Source of the DNA: Eledone cirrhosa
Lineage: Eukaryota
Assembly (NCBI GenBank): GCA_964016885.1
Contig: OZ024740.1
Location: 242,296,001-242,360,000, forward strand
Length of the DNA stretch: 64,000 nt
Direction of reading: 5' to 3'
Shown here: piece by piece, positions 1-12,919 of the stretch
Position numbering within the stretch: the stretch's first letter is position 1
Layout of the letters: each line of letters starts with the position of its first letter
The notes under the pieces: generated by a model
The model's database searches: none
The model's input: the letters and a program-made list of their open reading frames with translations, nothing else
What the model was told of the DNA's origin: nothing
Translations under genes and position numbers: made by a program

Positions 1-1430
1 TGCAACTTTTTGAGTCTGCTAGTGCCACTAGCACAAGAAAAAGAACTTATTTCCCAGCCAACTTTGTACGCCTCATGCTATGCTCGGATAGCACCTTCAA
101 CCACTTGATTGGACCACGGGTCCCCTATCACCCTACCCTATACCAAGCCGCTTTCGCCCGCATTTTTTAACTGCTGAAGCAGAGCCTGTCTATCTAAACA
201 GTATCCACTCCGTTTTAACGCCCTCAGTTTGTTCAGGGAGATTTGGGGGCAATATTATCAACAAATCTGTTCTTGACTTTCTTATCTTGCCGCGCTTTAT
301 CCTATGGGTCGAATTGGACCTGCAGGTTTTGTGGGCTCTCTTCGCGTTAGGTTAGTTCAAGCTGCAGATAACTAGATGGGGATCAGTTGAAATCCAGCAC
401 AGAATCGAAGAGATCTGAGACAATACCAAAATCAATTATTGATATCTGTCCCTGATTCCCCTTATACCATGTATATTTGTGGATGTCTCTGCTGGAAAAA
501 GGTGTTCATAATAGAGCTCATTACTTAAGCAGAAGTCTAATAAGGTCCCTTCATTCGTATTGTTCCTTCCAACCACTCTTTTCTATGTCAGGTGGTCAGT
601 ACCAACATGTTATTTGAAGTCTCACATTAGGATATATGACTTAGTCTTAAATACATATAACGTTGCAGTGATTTCATCAAGGAAGCATCTACATTTGAGC
701 TATCTGTTTGGCCCAGCCTAAGTTTCAAAAGGCAAATCTTCCTTCCCAATGGATTGTGAGTATCCCCACTATCGCCGGTGCAGTAATTTCTGGCGCCACA
801 TCAAAATAGTTGAATTCCATCCTTCACCCAAATCTACAGTACCAGAGCCACGGAACTTTGTTCAGGAAACCCCGACTATATCTAGCCGGTAACATCTAGC
901 CTCCTCCACTAGTTCCTACTTCTTGCCTGTAAGGGTTGTAACGTTACAGTTACCAATTGTTAAGGTTTGCACCCTTCCGAACCCTTTCTGGGGTCTCGAG
1001 ATACGTAATTTTCATGCATATATCCCATACCTCCCGAGACAGGTTGCAAACCTACAGCCAGTTTTTGCATAGTTGGATGGAGACTACAATATATTTCTCG
1101 AACAGGCCCCTCTACCTAAGGGCTGAACAAGTCCCTTGTTATCAAGCGCGAAGGATGATGCAGTATGACAAACTTTGTTGTATCTAGACATATTGCCAAT
1201 CAACAATTTGCTACTTTCCTCAGGCTATTTGTCCGGGATTGCTTATTCATCCGGCAGGAGTCCGCTTATATCGCAACTAGCCGTCATACCTGGTGGTCGT
1301 AACGCTGTCTGCCACCTGAATAGATCTGGCTGCCGTGTGTGATTCAGGTGGATTGGATTACTTGATAGGCACCAAAGTAATAACAATCGAGAGTGATAAT
1401 CCGAACTTTCCAAAATGGAGACGATAGATT
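1..1430 (-). mobile_element. Degenerate RTE-clade (Expander/Rex3-like) LINE, 5' part: putative 5'UTR, APE endonuclease and linker, reading leftward
   Basis: Minus strand from about 970 reads LTIGNCNVTTLTGKK*ELVEEARCYRLDIVGVS*TKFRGSGTVDLGEGW (APE N-terminus). 480-680 and 1-120 are reverse-complement homologous to the RTE copy at 54478-55180. Stops and frameshifts present. Confidence 0.75.
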
Positions 1431-2650
1431 TCCCCAATTACAGAGAGGTCTCCTTGTTAATCATCCCCGGCAAAGTCTATGGCAAAGATGTGTAGCGAAG
1501 TTGTCGAGTTCAAGCTAACTAACGAACAGTGGGGTTTTCGCTCCGGACGCAGCACACCCAACTAAATATTCTCACTGCGGCAGGTCTTTGAGAAATCGTG
1601 GGAGAATTGCCAAAATGTGTATTTTTGCTTCATAGAACTCGAAAAGGAATAATCACCACGTTCCACGGGACCTGCTGTGGAAGGTTCTACAGGAGTATGG
1701 GATCGGGAGACAACTTCGTTTCTGAAATACAAGTGTCCGAATTTTGTGTTCGAATATATGGTGCTACGTTAAAACCAATCAATGCAGGTGTCGGACTCCG
1801 CCAAGGGTGCGTGCTGTCACCACACCTGCTCATAATCTTCATGAACTGGATTGACATGCGCTGTCGATTTGGAAGTGGTATCACGACTGGCTGGTGTAGG
1901 ATCAGTCGGCTGCATTTTGCAGACAGCATGATACTACTTAATTCGTCAGAACATGCACTCGACAGATTTGATGCCGGGTGATGCATGGGTGGAATGAAAA
2001 TCAATGCTGCGAAAACTAAGACACTCATTCTTTCAAGGAAGCCAGCACACTACACTCTATATGTGTGTGGAGTTCCGCTGAAAGAGTTGGAATAGCTCAA
2101 GTATCTCTGGGCCGTGTTCACGAGTGATGGAAGGCAGGAGGCTGAATTAAATGCAAGAATTGTAGGAGCCGGTGATGTAATGCGCCTGCTTCAGCATTCG
2201 GTCATCAACAGGCAGATACGTGTACAAGCCAAACCAGCTATCTCCAATTTGGTATTCATGTCAACACTTACCTCTGGCTATGAACCTGGGGCAATGACTG
2301 AAAGTATACGATCATGCAATGGGTTACCCCGAGAAACGTTACCCGATAGTAGCTCAGAGATCAGAGAGTCGCTACTTCTCCGAATTGAGAGATCACTGCT
2401 CCGATATTACGGACATGTGGTCAGAATGTCTCAGGACAAAATCGCTGGACAGATGTTACAGGAAAATCCAACAGGCAGGAAAAATGGAACCAGACCACGG
2501 GCAAAATGGTTGGATAACATCCATAAGCTCGCATGGTCTCGCTTGAAGATTCAGCTGGATTAATTGGAGACGATTACTTTTGACATTCTCGCTAGAAGGA
2601 GTACTTGAGTACTCTGCCCCCCCCCCCCATGTCTCTCCCAGGAATAATAA
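1431..2650 (+). mobile_element. Degenerate RTE-clade LINE, RT and 3' end, ending in (TAA)n
   Basis: NYREVSLLIIPGKVY, GLRQGCVLSP, LHFADS, KYL, LRYYGHVVRM motifs across frames (ORFs 1598-1981, 2114-2563). 3' end resembles 55640-55690. Confidence 0.85.
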
Positions 2651-2659
2651 TAATAATGA

Positions 2660-2872
2660 TTTTTAATTTAGGCAAAATGCCAACAATTTATGGGAGGGGG
2701 GGGGGTTATTACATCGACCCCAGTATCTGACTGGTTCTTTATTTTATCGACCTAGAAAAGATGAAAGGCAAAGTAGACCTTGACGGGATTTGAACTCAAG
2801 ACGAAAAGATCTGGAATAAATTCCGCAAAGCATTTTCTCCGACACTCTAACAATTCCTGCCAATCCACCGCC
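2660..2872 (-). mobile_element. tRNA-derived SINE (family 1)
   Basis: Reverse complement begins GGCGGTGGATTGGCAG (A-box-like) and has GAGTTCAAATCC (B-box) and a GCCTTTCATC...GGTCGATAAAATAAAG core. Several copies in the window. Confidence 0.8.
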
Positions 2873-2883
2873 ATTAACATAAT

Positions 2884-3102
2884 GGTTTCTTATATAGACA
2901 CAAGGCCAGCAATTTTGGAGGAGGGGAATGTCGATTAAATCGACCCCGGTGCCTGACTGGTACTTTATTTTATCGACCCCGTAAGGATGAAAGGCAAAGT
3001 TAACCTCGGCGGGATTTGTACTCAGATCATAAAGAGCCGTAACTGCAAAGCACGGCATCCGACCCTCTACCGATACTGCCATTCCACCGCCCTCCACCGC
3101 CC
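2884..3102 (-). mobile_element. tRNA-derived SINE (family 1), second adjacent copy
   Basis: Same head, core and tail as 2660-2872 and 53820-54004. Confidence 0.8.
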
Positions 3103-3124
3103 TTAACATAATAATGATAATAAT

Positions 3125-5280
3125 ACTGGTTTCTTTATTGGCTACAAGAGCTAACATGAAGAAAAACATTACAGACGGCACAGAACGGCACAGGACGATA
3201 CAAAGTGGGTTTTGGCCGTGTAAAAAAAAGTTATAACAAGAAGATAAAAATATCAAAAAAATTCTAACAACAAAAAATTCCCAATAGGGGGGAAACTTCC
3301 GAGTGTCACTCGTGGCGAAAACCACACAAAAGACTACAGCCACCCTGACCACCAGGGCAAGCGTTCTCTCTCAGTTTTCCACTCCTCAGTCTACAGGTGC
3401 ATACTCAGAGCGGGCCCGTTCACTCGGACCAGACTCGCCACTTTCACCCACCTTTCAATAAACTTATTTGAAGACAAAACTTGTCTCTCCACCCTGATTT
3501 TCCTCTTCAAGTGAAATTTGAAAAAGTTAATCAGGGATTCGCGGAAGAGGTAAGTGTCCGTTTCAATCCTTTCAACCTTGTCCACCATACAATCTCTTTC
3601 GCCATGGCTACCGGGCAGATGAAAACTGCCTGCCCTTCCCCCTCCTTAAAGGAGGACGGTGGGGCTATCTGCACAATGCACTCAGTCGATAACTGGATCC
3701 GCCCTACACGTGACAGCAAATGTTCGACATAGCTCCACAAGTCAGCAATGCTCGGACACTGAACGAGTGCGTGCACAACGGTTTCGTCACTCTGTGCGTA
3801 TCTCGGACAGGTTCGGCTGACGGCACTTCCGTGCCTGTAGAGCTTATCTCGAATCGGCAACGCTCCCTGGTAGCACAGCCAGGCCATGGATTTCTGGAAG
3901 TTGTCCATAGGCACCAGGCTGAAAGTTCTCTTGAAGAGAGCGAACAGCTGATCGTCTTCGACGCCCTGCGTCTCCCCGAGAACGTCGTCACTCTTCCCCT
4001 CCACTAGACCTCTATAGAACGCCGAGCGGATGTTCCACCGATACTAGTGCCCAGCTGGTAGAAGGCTGTGAGCGCTTGTAGACATTCCAGCTTCCAAGCA
4101 CTATCCCTCGGTCTTTTCTTGATCCAAGACTGCAGCTCCGTTAATGAGACGAGCTGGGGAAAAACATGTCTGGCAAACGGTGACCACACCTGTTCACCGT
4201 CAAGGAAGCACCAGAGATGTTGCAGCCTCAGCGCGTGTTTGCCCACCATCAGCCACGGCATGCCCAGCCCTCCACGCAACGGGTGTTGACAGCAGATGGA
4301 TCGTCTCACCATGGGAGCGCGTCCCTTCCATAAAAAGCGGAAAAAGAGGCACTCCATTTTGTCAGAGTTGGGTCGGGGCAAGGCACAACGGTTAGGTGGT
4401 AGCAGATGACAGATGCGATGAACACATTCGCCACCTCTGCCCGACCTTTCAGGGACAGCTTCTTCTCGGCCCATTTCTGGGTGAGAGAGGTCACCTTGTT
4501 CGTCACCTCGCTCCAGTTTTTCTCCATCTGGAGATCCGGACCGAACCAGACCTTGAGCAATTTAACCGGTCCTTCCGTCCAGCGCTCCACGACGCTGACG
4601 GGCGGCATGGACCTGCCTCTCCAGGTGCCGAGCTGCAAACCCACCGACTTTTCCTGGTTTAACTTTGCTCCTGTCACTGCTTCATATTCCTTGAGAGCGC
4701 TGCCGAGCATCTGGGCATGTCCGGTGTTTGACACCACCACGGTGAAGTCGTCGGCGTAAGCCGATATGGATCTCCCGCATCCCAGTTCGTGTGAGACGTC
4801 TCTCATCACCTCCAATTTGTGCAGTAACGGCCCTAGGGCCAATACGTACAAGAGTGACGAGAGGGGACAACCCTGACGGACCAAGCGCATGATGCTGAAC
4901 GGCTGTGACAGATGACCGTTGACCTTCACAACTGAGCAGATGTCGCTGTGCATCTCAGCGATCCAACCCCTGAAAATGGGCCCGAAACCAGCCGCCTCGA
5001 GGAACGCCGCCAGGTACTGATGGTCGACCCTATCAAATGCCTTAGATTGATCTAAGTTGATCAGGGCCCCACCTGTGCCAGGTTCCTTAACCACCCTCTC
5101 TATGATGTATCGCATGAGGTGGAGGTTGTCGTGGATGGATCTGTCCGGAATGACGCATGTCTGCGCCTCTCCTACCAGATTACCGACGACAAGCGCCAAT
5201 CTCGTTGCTAACACCTTGGCCAAAATTTTGAAGTCTGTCTTTAACAGAGTCTGAAGTCTCCAACTGCGTTGGGGAATTTT
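3125..5280 (-). mobile_element. L1/Tx1-type LINE ORF2 (RT and C-terminal Cys-rich domain), frameshifted, endonuclease largely deleted
   Basis: ORF 4306-5223 has LDQSKAFDRVDH, VRQGCPLS, AYADDF. Downstream ORFs have PLRGGLG and CPR...ETVVHALVQC. AATAAA near 3135 precedes the TAA tract. Confidence 0.9.
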
Positions 5281-5408
5281 TCTTTTAAATGTTTGTAATA
5301 TTCTATTTTAATTTCAATAATGCTTATATTTTTCGGGAGAGTTCTTGGTGTTGGTGGGGTGTAGTAATTTTTGTCCGTAATGTCTGCTTTATATGTTCTC
5401 AGAGTTCT

Positions 5409-6668
5409 TTATTTGCCAAGTTTAAGGCTATGTAATGTTTTGTGGGTGGTTTGGTTTTGTTGCTGCTGTTGGGTATGTTTGTCTTGTGTTTGAGATGTTG
5501 ATGTTTGTGGGGATGCCAGTGGTGGAGGTGTGGTCGTTGTTGGTGGTGATGGTGGCGGCGTTGCTGCGAGTCGCCTTGCAGCCTTTACCCCTCTTTGTTT
5601 GCCTTCGCTTTTGGAGGGTGAAGCTAAAGGTTTTTTCTTTTTTCTTTTTTGTGGCAGACCGTTTGCCACTTCACTCCCGCCTCAGACTCCATGTCGGATT
5701 TCGTGGCGTCTGGGAGGGGTATGTGATCCACGGCTGTTGGTGGTGGTAGTGGAGCCCTCTCCGGCGATTTTGTTGCTGGTGCAGCTATTGCAAATGTAGC
5801 TACTGGTGTTTCCACCACTGATGCTGATGCTTTAGTTGTCCGTGGCCTTGGTATGGGTGCTACGGACGTTGCCCTCCTACTCACCGTGGAAGGGTCTTCT
5901 GCGTTTGTTGCCTGCCGTGCTCTTGGTAGCAGCGGACCAGGCATTGGAAGGAGGGGTGCTTCTTCTTTGCTGTCTTCTGCGGGGAAAAGGCCCTGAGGTG
6001 ACCCTTTGACCCACAGAGATAACATTTTGGCCGTCTTCCTTCTACACTTATAGGGAGTTGGAAACCTTCCTCGAAGTCTATGATATCGGGGATAGCGTCG
6101 ATACACTCCTGGTCAGTTTCTATAAGCATTTGCATGCCTGACCAGTTCTCTCTCCCTATTTTCTCTACTTGCAGCATGGTCATCCTGTCCTCGATTCCAG
6201 CAAGGACAGACGCGGCCAGCCAAGGTATGGGCACGTCGGGTGGGACCTGGGTCACTTTGACCCTCACAATTTTCTGCCCGCAGTAGGAGGGCACCAAGAC
6301 TATCTTCTCACTCTTTAGGGTTTCCAAAGAGTGAGGCTTCGCGTCTTGGGGGTAGGGAAAAGTATGTCCACCGTGGCAAACTTTCTGCCTCGGGTGATGT
6401 GGGTTTTGCGCGCCCAGACGCACCCCAAAGCCTTTTTGATTTGAGCCTCCCTGGCTCTCTCCACCCGATGTGACATTTTGCTTACGGTGCGGTAAGTCAC
6501 TGTCCGTAGCAGCTGTTCCTTGATCCTTGAAAAAATCAGGTGGGGGTTTCAGGTGGCGTTTATTGTCACCATGGCCCTTGCGACTGCCATCTGCTCCTCT
6601 GTGACTAACACTGTTTCGATATTTCGGGCGACACCTGCAAAGGAAATGGTCTCTTTTTCAGAAGCACC
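5409..6668 (-). mobile_element. ORF1/gag-like region of the same L1/Tx1 element (zinc knuckle and low-complexity basic tail), frameshifted
   Basis: GRRPKCYLCGSKGHLRAFSP (CCHC-type knuckle, last Cys lost) in ORF 5881-6423. WQTVCHKKEKRK tail typical of Tx1/L1 ORF1. Same strand and upstream of ORF2. Confidence 0.75.

Positions 6669-6737
<69 letters not shown>
6669..6737. repeat. (TAA)n microsatellite between LINE insertions (others near 9967-10031, 10820-10891, 11132-11167)
   Basis: Direct reading. Confidence 0.95.
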
Positions 6738-6738
<1 letters not shown>

Positions 6739-9700
6739 TTTTCTTTATAAAAGAAAGGATCGAAAAAGTGGAAGGAGTGCATGCTCAAGATGAAACTCAA
6801 AATGAAAACAATGAGATCGTAAATGATAAAGAAATGAATGAGAATGAACTTGCCAACTTGAAGGATGAAATTATGATCGAATGGATGAAAATGAAAGAAT
6901 CTGACACCCTCCCTAAGATCCAGAACTCCAAACAGAACCAAAAGATAATACACAAGACTAACATAATTCTCAAAAACATTATCATCACAAACAAACTAAA
7001 CATTACTGATTTAAATCATCTCTATTATGCATCGGCTAAAGTCACCACTCACTTATGTGGAGTGAAAATGAAAAATCAGAGGAATTCCCACAAGAAATCT
7101 ATTAGCAAGAGAACATCAATCGCCAAATAAACCTTCTCCGATGTGACATAGAAATTTTAACAAACTACAAAGGAGGTGAACATGTTGAACAAACTAAACT
7201 TAGAAAATTGAAAAGAAAATACAGTATAAAATCAACAAGTGACATAGACATGCTGATAGAAATGATCAAGCAAAAAGTGTCGACCAAAGCTGCTCGTATA
7301 AGGCGCTTTGAAAAACGATCTAGATTCTATAAGGACAATAATATGTTCAAAAACAACCAAAGAAACTTCTAGAGAAAAATTGGCAAGTCAACAATAACTG
7401 CTAAATCAATACCACCCAAGGAGGAAGTGCAAGAATTCTGGGGAAAGATCTGGGCCGAAGAAAAAGTTCATAATATACATGCCCCATGGATAGACAGACA
7501 AATGAAAGATACAGCTCACCTTGAGGAACAAATATGGGAAAATATAACAGTTGAACAGTTGCGTTTGGCTCTTAGAAAAACCAGCAAATGGAAATCCCCA
7601 GCAAGAGACAAAATACCAAATTTTTGGATAAATGCCTTCACAGAGTCTCATGAGCTGTTAGCCCAACTTTACAATGAAATAGTTAAGGAGCCAGAAAAGA
7701 TACCATCATGGCTAGTTAACGGCATTACATTCCTGCTTCCGAAGAATGATGAGACAAACAATCCCAAAAATTACAGACCGATAACTTGCTTGACCACAAT
7801 GTATAAAATTTTAACATCAGTCCTAACTGAATATACATATGACCACTTGATAACAAATGACCTATTTCCCAATGAGCAGAAAGGGTGTAAACGAGGCTCA
7901 TATGGCTGTAAGGATCAGCTTTTGGTTAACAAAATGATACTGGAAGATTGTCATAATAGACACAAAAATGTATCAATTTCTTGGATAGATTATAAAAAAA
8001 GCATTCGATAGTTTGCCACACAGTTGGATTGAAAAATGTTTAGAGATTTTCAAAATATCTCCCGTTGTCAGGAGGTTCTTGTCATTCAGTATGAAGACAT
8101 GTAAAACGACACTCCTTTTGAATAGTGAAAAGGAATCACTGGAAGCTGGAGAAGTTAATATTAATTGTGGAATTTTTCAGGGTGATTCTTTATCACTGCT
8201 TTTATTCTGCATCGCACTTATACCATTAAGTAAAATGCTCAATGAAACAAAACATGGATATAAAGTCTATGACAAAACCATTAATCACTTGTTCTACATG
8301 GATGACCTGAAACTATTTCCAAAAAATGATGAGCAATTGCAAGGGCTATTATCCACTGTGAAGCAGTTCAGTGATGACATTAAAATGGAGTTTGGACTAG
8401 ATAAATGCGCCAAAGCAACGTTCACAAGAGGAAAGCTGCTGAAGAGTTCAGACATTAATCTTGATCGGGGGAACGTGATAAGAGAACTTGATCAAGAAAA
8501 AACTTACAAATATCTAGGTGTTTGTGAAGGAGACGGAATCAAGCACTCGACAATGAGGGAAAGGATAAGGAAGGAATGTTACCGCAGAGTGAGAGCAATC
8601 TTAAGAACGGAATTGAATGCAAGGAATAGGATCGATGCCATAAACACGCTTGCCATACCAGTAGTAACCTACAGTTACAATGTCATCAACTGGTCAAGCA
8701 CAGAGATCCGTAGGCTCGATACAAAAATTAGAAAATTCTTAATCATGCACAGAATGCATCACCCTAGAGCAGATACAGATAGAATGTATCTCCCTAGGAA
8801 AGAAGGAGGACGTGGTTTAATCCAGTTAGATATTTATTGCGTTGAAAACTGCAACAATTGGATTATCTACATATCTAAGGGAATCACATGATTGGATGAT
8901 CAAACTCGTTTTGAAACACGAAAGCATAAAAAGATCATACTCCATTACAAAAGATGCACAGTAATGGACTACAAATTTCAGAAGTCCCATTTACTGCTGA
9001 AATGGAAAACACAGAAAAAGCAAAGCAGGTAAAAGTAACTGCAAAGAAAGAACTGCTACAGAAACTGGCTAAGAAATGGCAAGAAAAGCCTCTGTATGGA
9101 AAATACCCAGAAAGTGCTAACAATCCTGATGTTGACAAAACTTTAACCCATCAGTGGTTGGCATCCTCTGGACTGAAATCGGAGACTGAAGGACTGATTA
9201 TATCAGCACAAGATCAGTGTCTGCCAACAAGAAAATTACCAAGCCAACATAATAAAAAATGGATGCAACCCATTATGCCGTGTATGTAAAAAACAACCAG
9301 AGACCATTGATCATATAATTTCAATGTGCAGTCCTATAGCTCCACCGAATACCTAAACAGGCTTCACATTGGATAATGTGTAAGCATTTTGACCTGCCCC
9401 CATGAAAAGAATTGGTGGGAGCATCAACCACCTCCCATACTTGAAAAAGATTACATCTCAATCTTGGGGAACTTTAGCATCCAAACAGACCGAAAAATAG
9501 ATGCAAATAGACCTGATATAATATTGAAAGACTTTAAAAAGAGGGTATGCCTGCTAATTGATATGTCTGTTCCAATAGACAAGAATGTATCTATAAAAAT
9601 ATTTGAAAAATTGAGCAAGTATAAAGACCTGGAGATAGAAATTGGAAAAATGTGGAAATTGAGAACTAAAACAATACCAGTGGTTGTAGGCGCTCTGGGA

Positions 9701-9966
9701 ATGATACCTAAGGGGTCTAATGATTACATATCGCAAATCCCAGGAAAACCGCGTATAGGAGAAATACAAAAGATAGTACTATTGGAAACTGCCCATATAC
9801 TAAGGAAGATTCTGTCAATATAAGTACATCACAAGTCTAAACACTAAAGATGCATGTGTGAATATGTATGTTCTTTCTTGAAAATGGCGGACCTTGTTGT
9901 CACTTGAGGTCACTGGTTGTGACTTGGTGATACCTCGTATGAACATAAAGCAAGATAAATGCAACT
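6738..9966 (+). mobile_element. R4/Dong-clade non-LTR retrotransposon (RT, CCHC, restriction-like endonuclease), 5'-truncated and frameshifted
   Basis: NYRPITCL, WIDYKK, IFQGDSLS, HLFYMDDLKL, EGGRGL, CRVCKKQPETIDHIISMC, RPDIILKDFKKRVCLLIDMSVP. Flanked by (TAA)n on both sides, the known Dong target. Confidence 0.9.
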
Positions 9967-10031
<65 letters not shown>

Positions 10032-10815
10032 CCACAGACATGGAACTGGTTGAAAAGAGGAGACCTTAAAAAGGCTACAGAAGGAATGTTAATGGCTGCG
10101 CAGGAGCAGGCCCTCAAAACGAAGTGGTTGAAACCACATTTACAAGGAGGAGGCTAGCCCACTGTGCAGGATCTGTGGAGAGAGAGAGGAGACTGTGGCT
10201 CACATTGTATCCGATTGGAAACACCTAGCCCAGACTCACTATAAAGGCTGGCGACATGATGTGATGGGCAGGGTGATCCACTGGCACCTATGCAAAGTAA
10301 ACAATTTACCACATTCTGAGAAGTGGTATGAGCATAAGCCAGAGTGATAGAAAACGATCAGGTGAAGGTGCTATGGGATATCAGGATACAGACGGACAAG
10401 AAACTGGAACACAATAGACCTGACCTGGTGGTTTTGGACAAGGAAAAAAGATCGTGCCTGATAGTGGATGTGGCCTGCCCATTCGACACGAGAGTGCAAG
10501 AGAAGGAGAGGGAGAAAATTAACCGATACCAGGACTTAAAGTGGGAGGTAAAAAGGATTTGGAACTGCCATGAAGTCAAAGTGGTCTCGATTGTCATAGG
10601 CGCACTAGGTACTATCTCAAAAAGTTTTCAGGGATGGTTAAAGAAAATTGGCCCCGCCACGCTTTTTGGAACGCTTCAAAAGGCATGCTTGCTGGGAACA
10701 GCAAGAACCCTCCGATACGTCCTGAATATCTGAGGCTGCAGGTAGTGGCTTGATATTCATCTCAACAAACTTTCCAGTTAACTAACATCAATGACTGAGA
10801 CTCAAAGAGTAATAA
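10032..10815 (+). mobile_element. Second R4/Dong family, 5'-truncated 3' fragment (CCHC, RLE, 3'UTR)
   Basis: TEGMLMAAQEQAL, CRICGEREETVAHIVS, RPDLVVLDKEKRSCLIVDVACPFD, YQDLKWE. Bounded by (TAA)n. Confidence 0.85.
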
Positions 10816-10819
10816 CAAC

Positions 10820-10891
<72 letters not shown>

Positions 10892-10892
<1 letters not shown>

Positions 10893-11131
10893 GAAGTCAA
10901 AGTGGTCCCGATTTTCATAGGCGCACTAGGTACTATCTCAAAAAGTTTCCAGGGATGGTTAAAGAAAATTGGCCCCTTCACGCTTTTTGGAACTCTTCAA
11001 AAGGCATGCTTGCTGGGAACAGCAAGAACCCTCCGATACGTCCTGAATATCTGAGGCTGCAGGTAGTGGCTTGATATTCATTTCGACAAACTTTCCAGTT
11101 AACTAACATCAATGACTGAGACTCAAAGAAC
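10892..11131 (+). mobile_element. Short 3' fragment of the same R4/Dong family
   Basis: Near-identical to 10572-10808. Bounded by (TAA)n. Confidence 0.85.
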
Positions 11132-11877
11132 AATAATAATAATTATAATAATAATAATAATAATAATCAGAAGAAGAAGAAAAATAAAGATATATAATTA
11201 CGTTGTGCTATATTTTCAAATCTCAAATCTCACGTAGAACATCTATGGTTTCTTAGACTCTCATATGTCATTGCCTTTCATTATATAAAGCCCAATTAAA
11301 ACTTTCCTAAAAACATGAATTATTGTTTTAATTTTGAATAGTAGTGTATAAATAAATATGTATTCGCATATATATGTGAGTATGGTGTTTGTGTATATAT
11401 ATACACATCTGTGTGTGTGTGTCTGTATGTATATATATATATGCTTATTTATGTGTGTGTATTCCTGTCATTACTATTCGTTATTGTATTCTTCTTCAGA
11501 TTACTATCAAGGCCCTTCCAAAAACACGTAAGTAGTCCTTGACTATTTTAATCTCTTTGAAGTATTTAATATTTTTTAGCAAGTTTAAATAAACATTTTA
11601 ATACTGTATCTTTTGAAATGAATATAATACTTAAATGCTATTGTTTCATATATAAAATACATTCCAAATCTCATTCAGTAGCTCTATGGTTTCTTAGACT
11701 CTTTGAATTATTTATTATTAGTTTTGAGTTTCAAAGTATAATAATTATCCCTTACATTTTCATACTTCTTTTGTCCTAATCTATTTTCCTTCCCTTTTTT
11801 AGTTTTTTTCTCTTAATTTATTGTATATATTTTAATATTGATATATCAGACTAATCGTGTATTTTTATAGAAATGTA

Positions 11878-12040
11878 GGCGCAGGTTTGACTATGTGGTT
11901 AAGAAGTTCAGTTCTCAACCACGTGGTTTTTGGTTCACTTCCTGTTCGGGTATTTTGGATAAGTATCTGCTGCCATAGCGTAAGGTTGACTAATGCCTTT
12001 TGAGTGAAATTTAGTAGACAGAAACTGCAGAAGCCGGTCG
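11878..12040 (+). mobile_element. tRNA-derived SINE (family 2, CORE-like), degenerate
   Basis: GGCGCAGG head with A/B-box-like segments, ends GAAGCCGGTCG then (TA)n. Related minus-strand remnants near 49940-50110 and 60900-61000. Confidence 0.6.
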
Positions 12041-12052
12041 TATATATATATA

Positions 12053-12127
<75 letters not shown>

Positions 12128-12250
12128 GGTAAACATGGATGCAATTCAATTCAAGCACTCAACGTACTTTTTCCACATAGGGGTGACGGAGTAAATATCG
12201 AATAAGGAAAAGCGAAGTAGTTTCAGATGTTCAAGTTCTTTAATAATAAT

Positions 12251-12324
12251 GCTATGATATATATTTCAATGGCGACACTGGCCACACTGTTCTGTGTGCG
12301 AGTGTCGTGACATCATCAGACAGC
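12251..12324 (-). ncRNA. Minimal type I hammerhead ribozyme motif
   Basis: Reverse complement: GCTGT-CTGATGA-stem II (CGACACT...AGTGTCG)-GAAA-TATATA-TC-ATAGC. Confidence 0.65.
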
Positions 12325-12768
12325 TTGTTACATAATAAGGTTATGTTTCCGAGGCAATCCAAATTGAATCGACATGGGAACGGATGAAATGCGTGCTTTT
12401 GGGTTTCTCACCCGTTCCCCTGTGAGTACCAATTCACCCCCACCGGTCTGAGCGTGCGCATGTCCGAAGGAAGTTGACCATTAGCTACCGCAGATTTCAA
12501 CGAAATTCGTTTAGTCAGTTCACCCTCTCAGTCACACAATGGCCCGTACCATAGTTTACTGCTACCCATCTCGACTGTGGTAGTCAGTCGAAAGCCAGAG
12601 GGGATGGGAGAGTGTTAGTTTTTACAGGTCATAATACTACCTCTCACCTAGCGTGGACAGTACGACTGACCATCAACTCAAAGGGAAAATAAACTTAATT
12701 CTAGGTATCATGGTTTTACATTGTAAGTTAAGAGTGAGAGTTGGAAATATAACCTTATTATGTAACAA

Positions 12769-12842
12769 GCTGTCTGATGATGTCACGACACTCGCACACA
12801 GAACAGTGTGGCCAGTGTCGCCATTGAAATATATATCACAGC
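12769..12842 (+). ncRNA. Minimal type I hammerhead ribozyme motif
   Basis: GCTGT-CTGATGA-TGTCACGACACT...AGTGTCGCCATT-GAAA-TATATA-TC^ACAGC. Stem I GCTGT/ACAGC, palindromic stem III, AUC triplet. Confidence 0.7.
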
Positions 12843-12919
12843 ATTATTACTAAAGGACTTGAACATCTGAAACTACTTCGCTTTTCCTTATTCTATATAT
12901 ATATATATATATATATTAG

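Larger units (their letters stand above)
12125..12893. mobile_element. PLE-like foldback insert: ~150-bp inverted arms (12200-12349 / 12743-12893) with a one-sided tail (12125-12199), in (TA)n
   Basis: Arms are near-perfect reverse complements and each contains an HHR motif. Confidence 0.75.

Noticed and set aside
2790-2872. tRNA-like A/B boxes
   Set aside because: SINE heads, with no complete cloverleaf.
2744-3352. 202-aa hydrophobic minus-strand ORF
   Set aside because: Runs through an L1 3'UTR and two SINEs; chance open frame.
3481-6286. Plus-strand ORFs over the L1/Tx1 element
   Set aside because: Antisense shadows of GC-rich retrotransposon coding sequence.
6520-11054. Poly-Ile, poly-Asn and poly-Leu ORFs
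   Set aside because: Translations of (TAA)n joined to LINE fragments.
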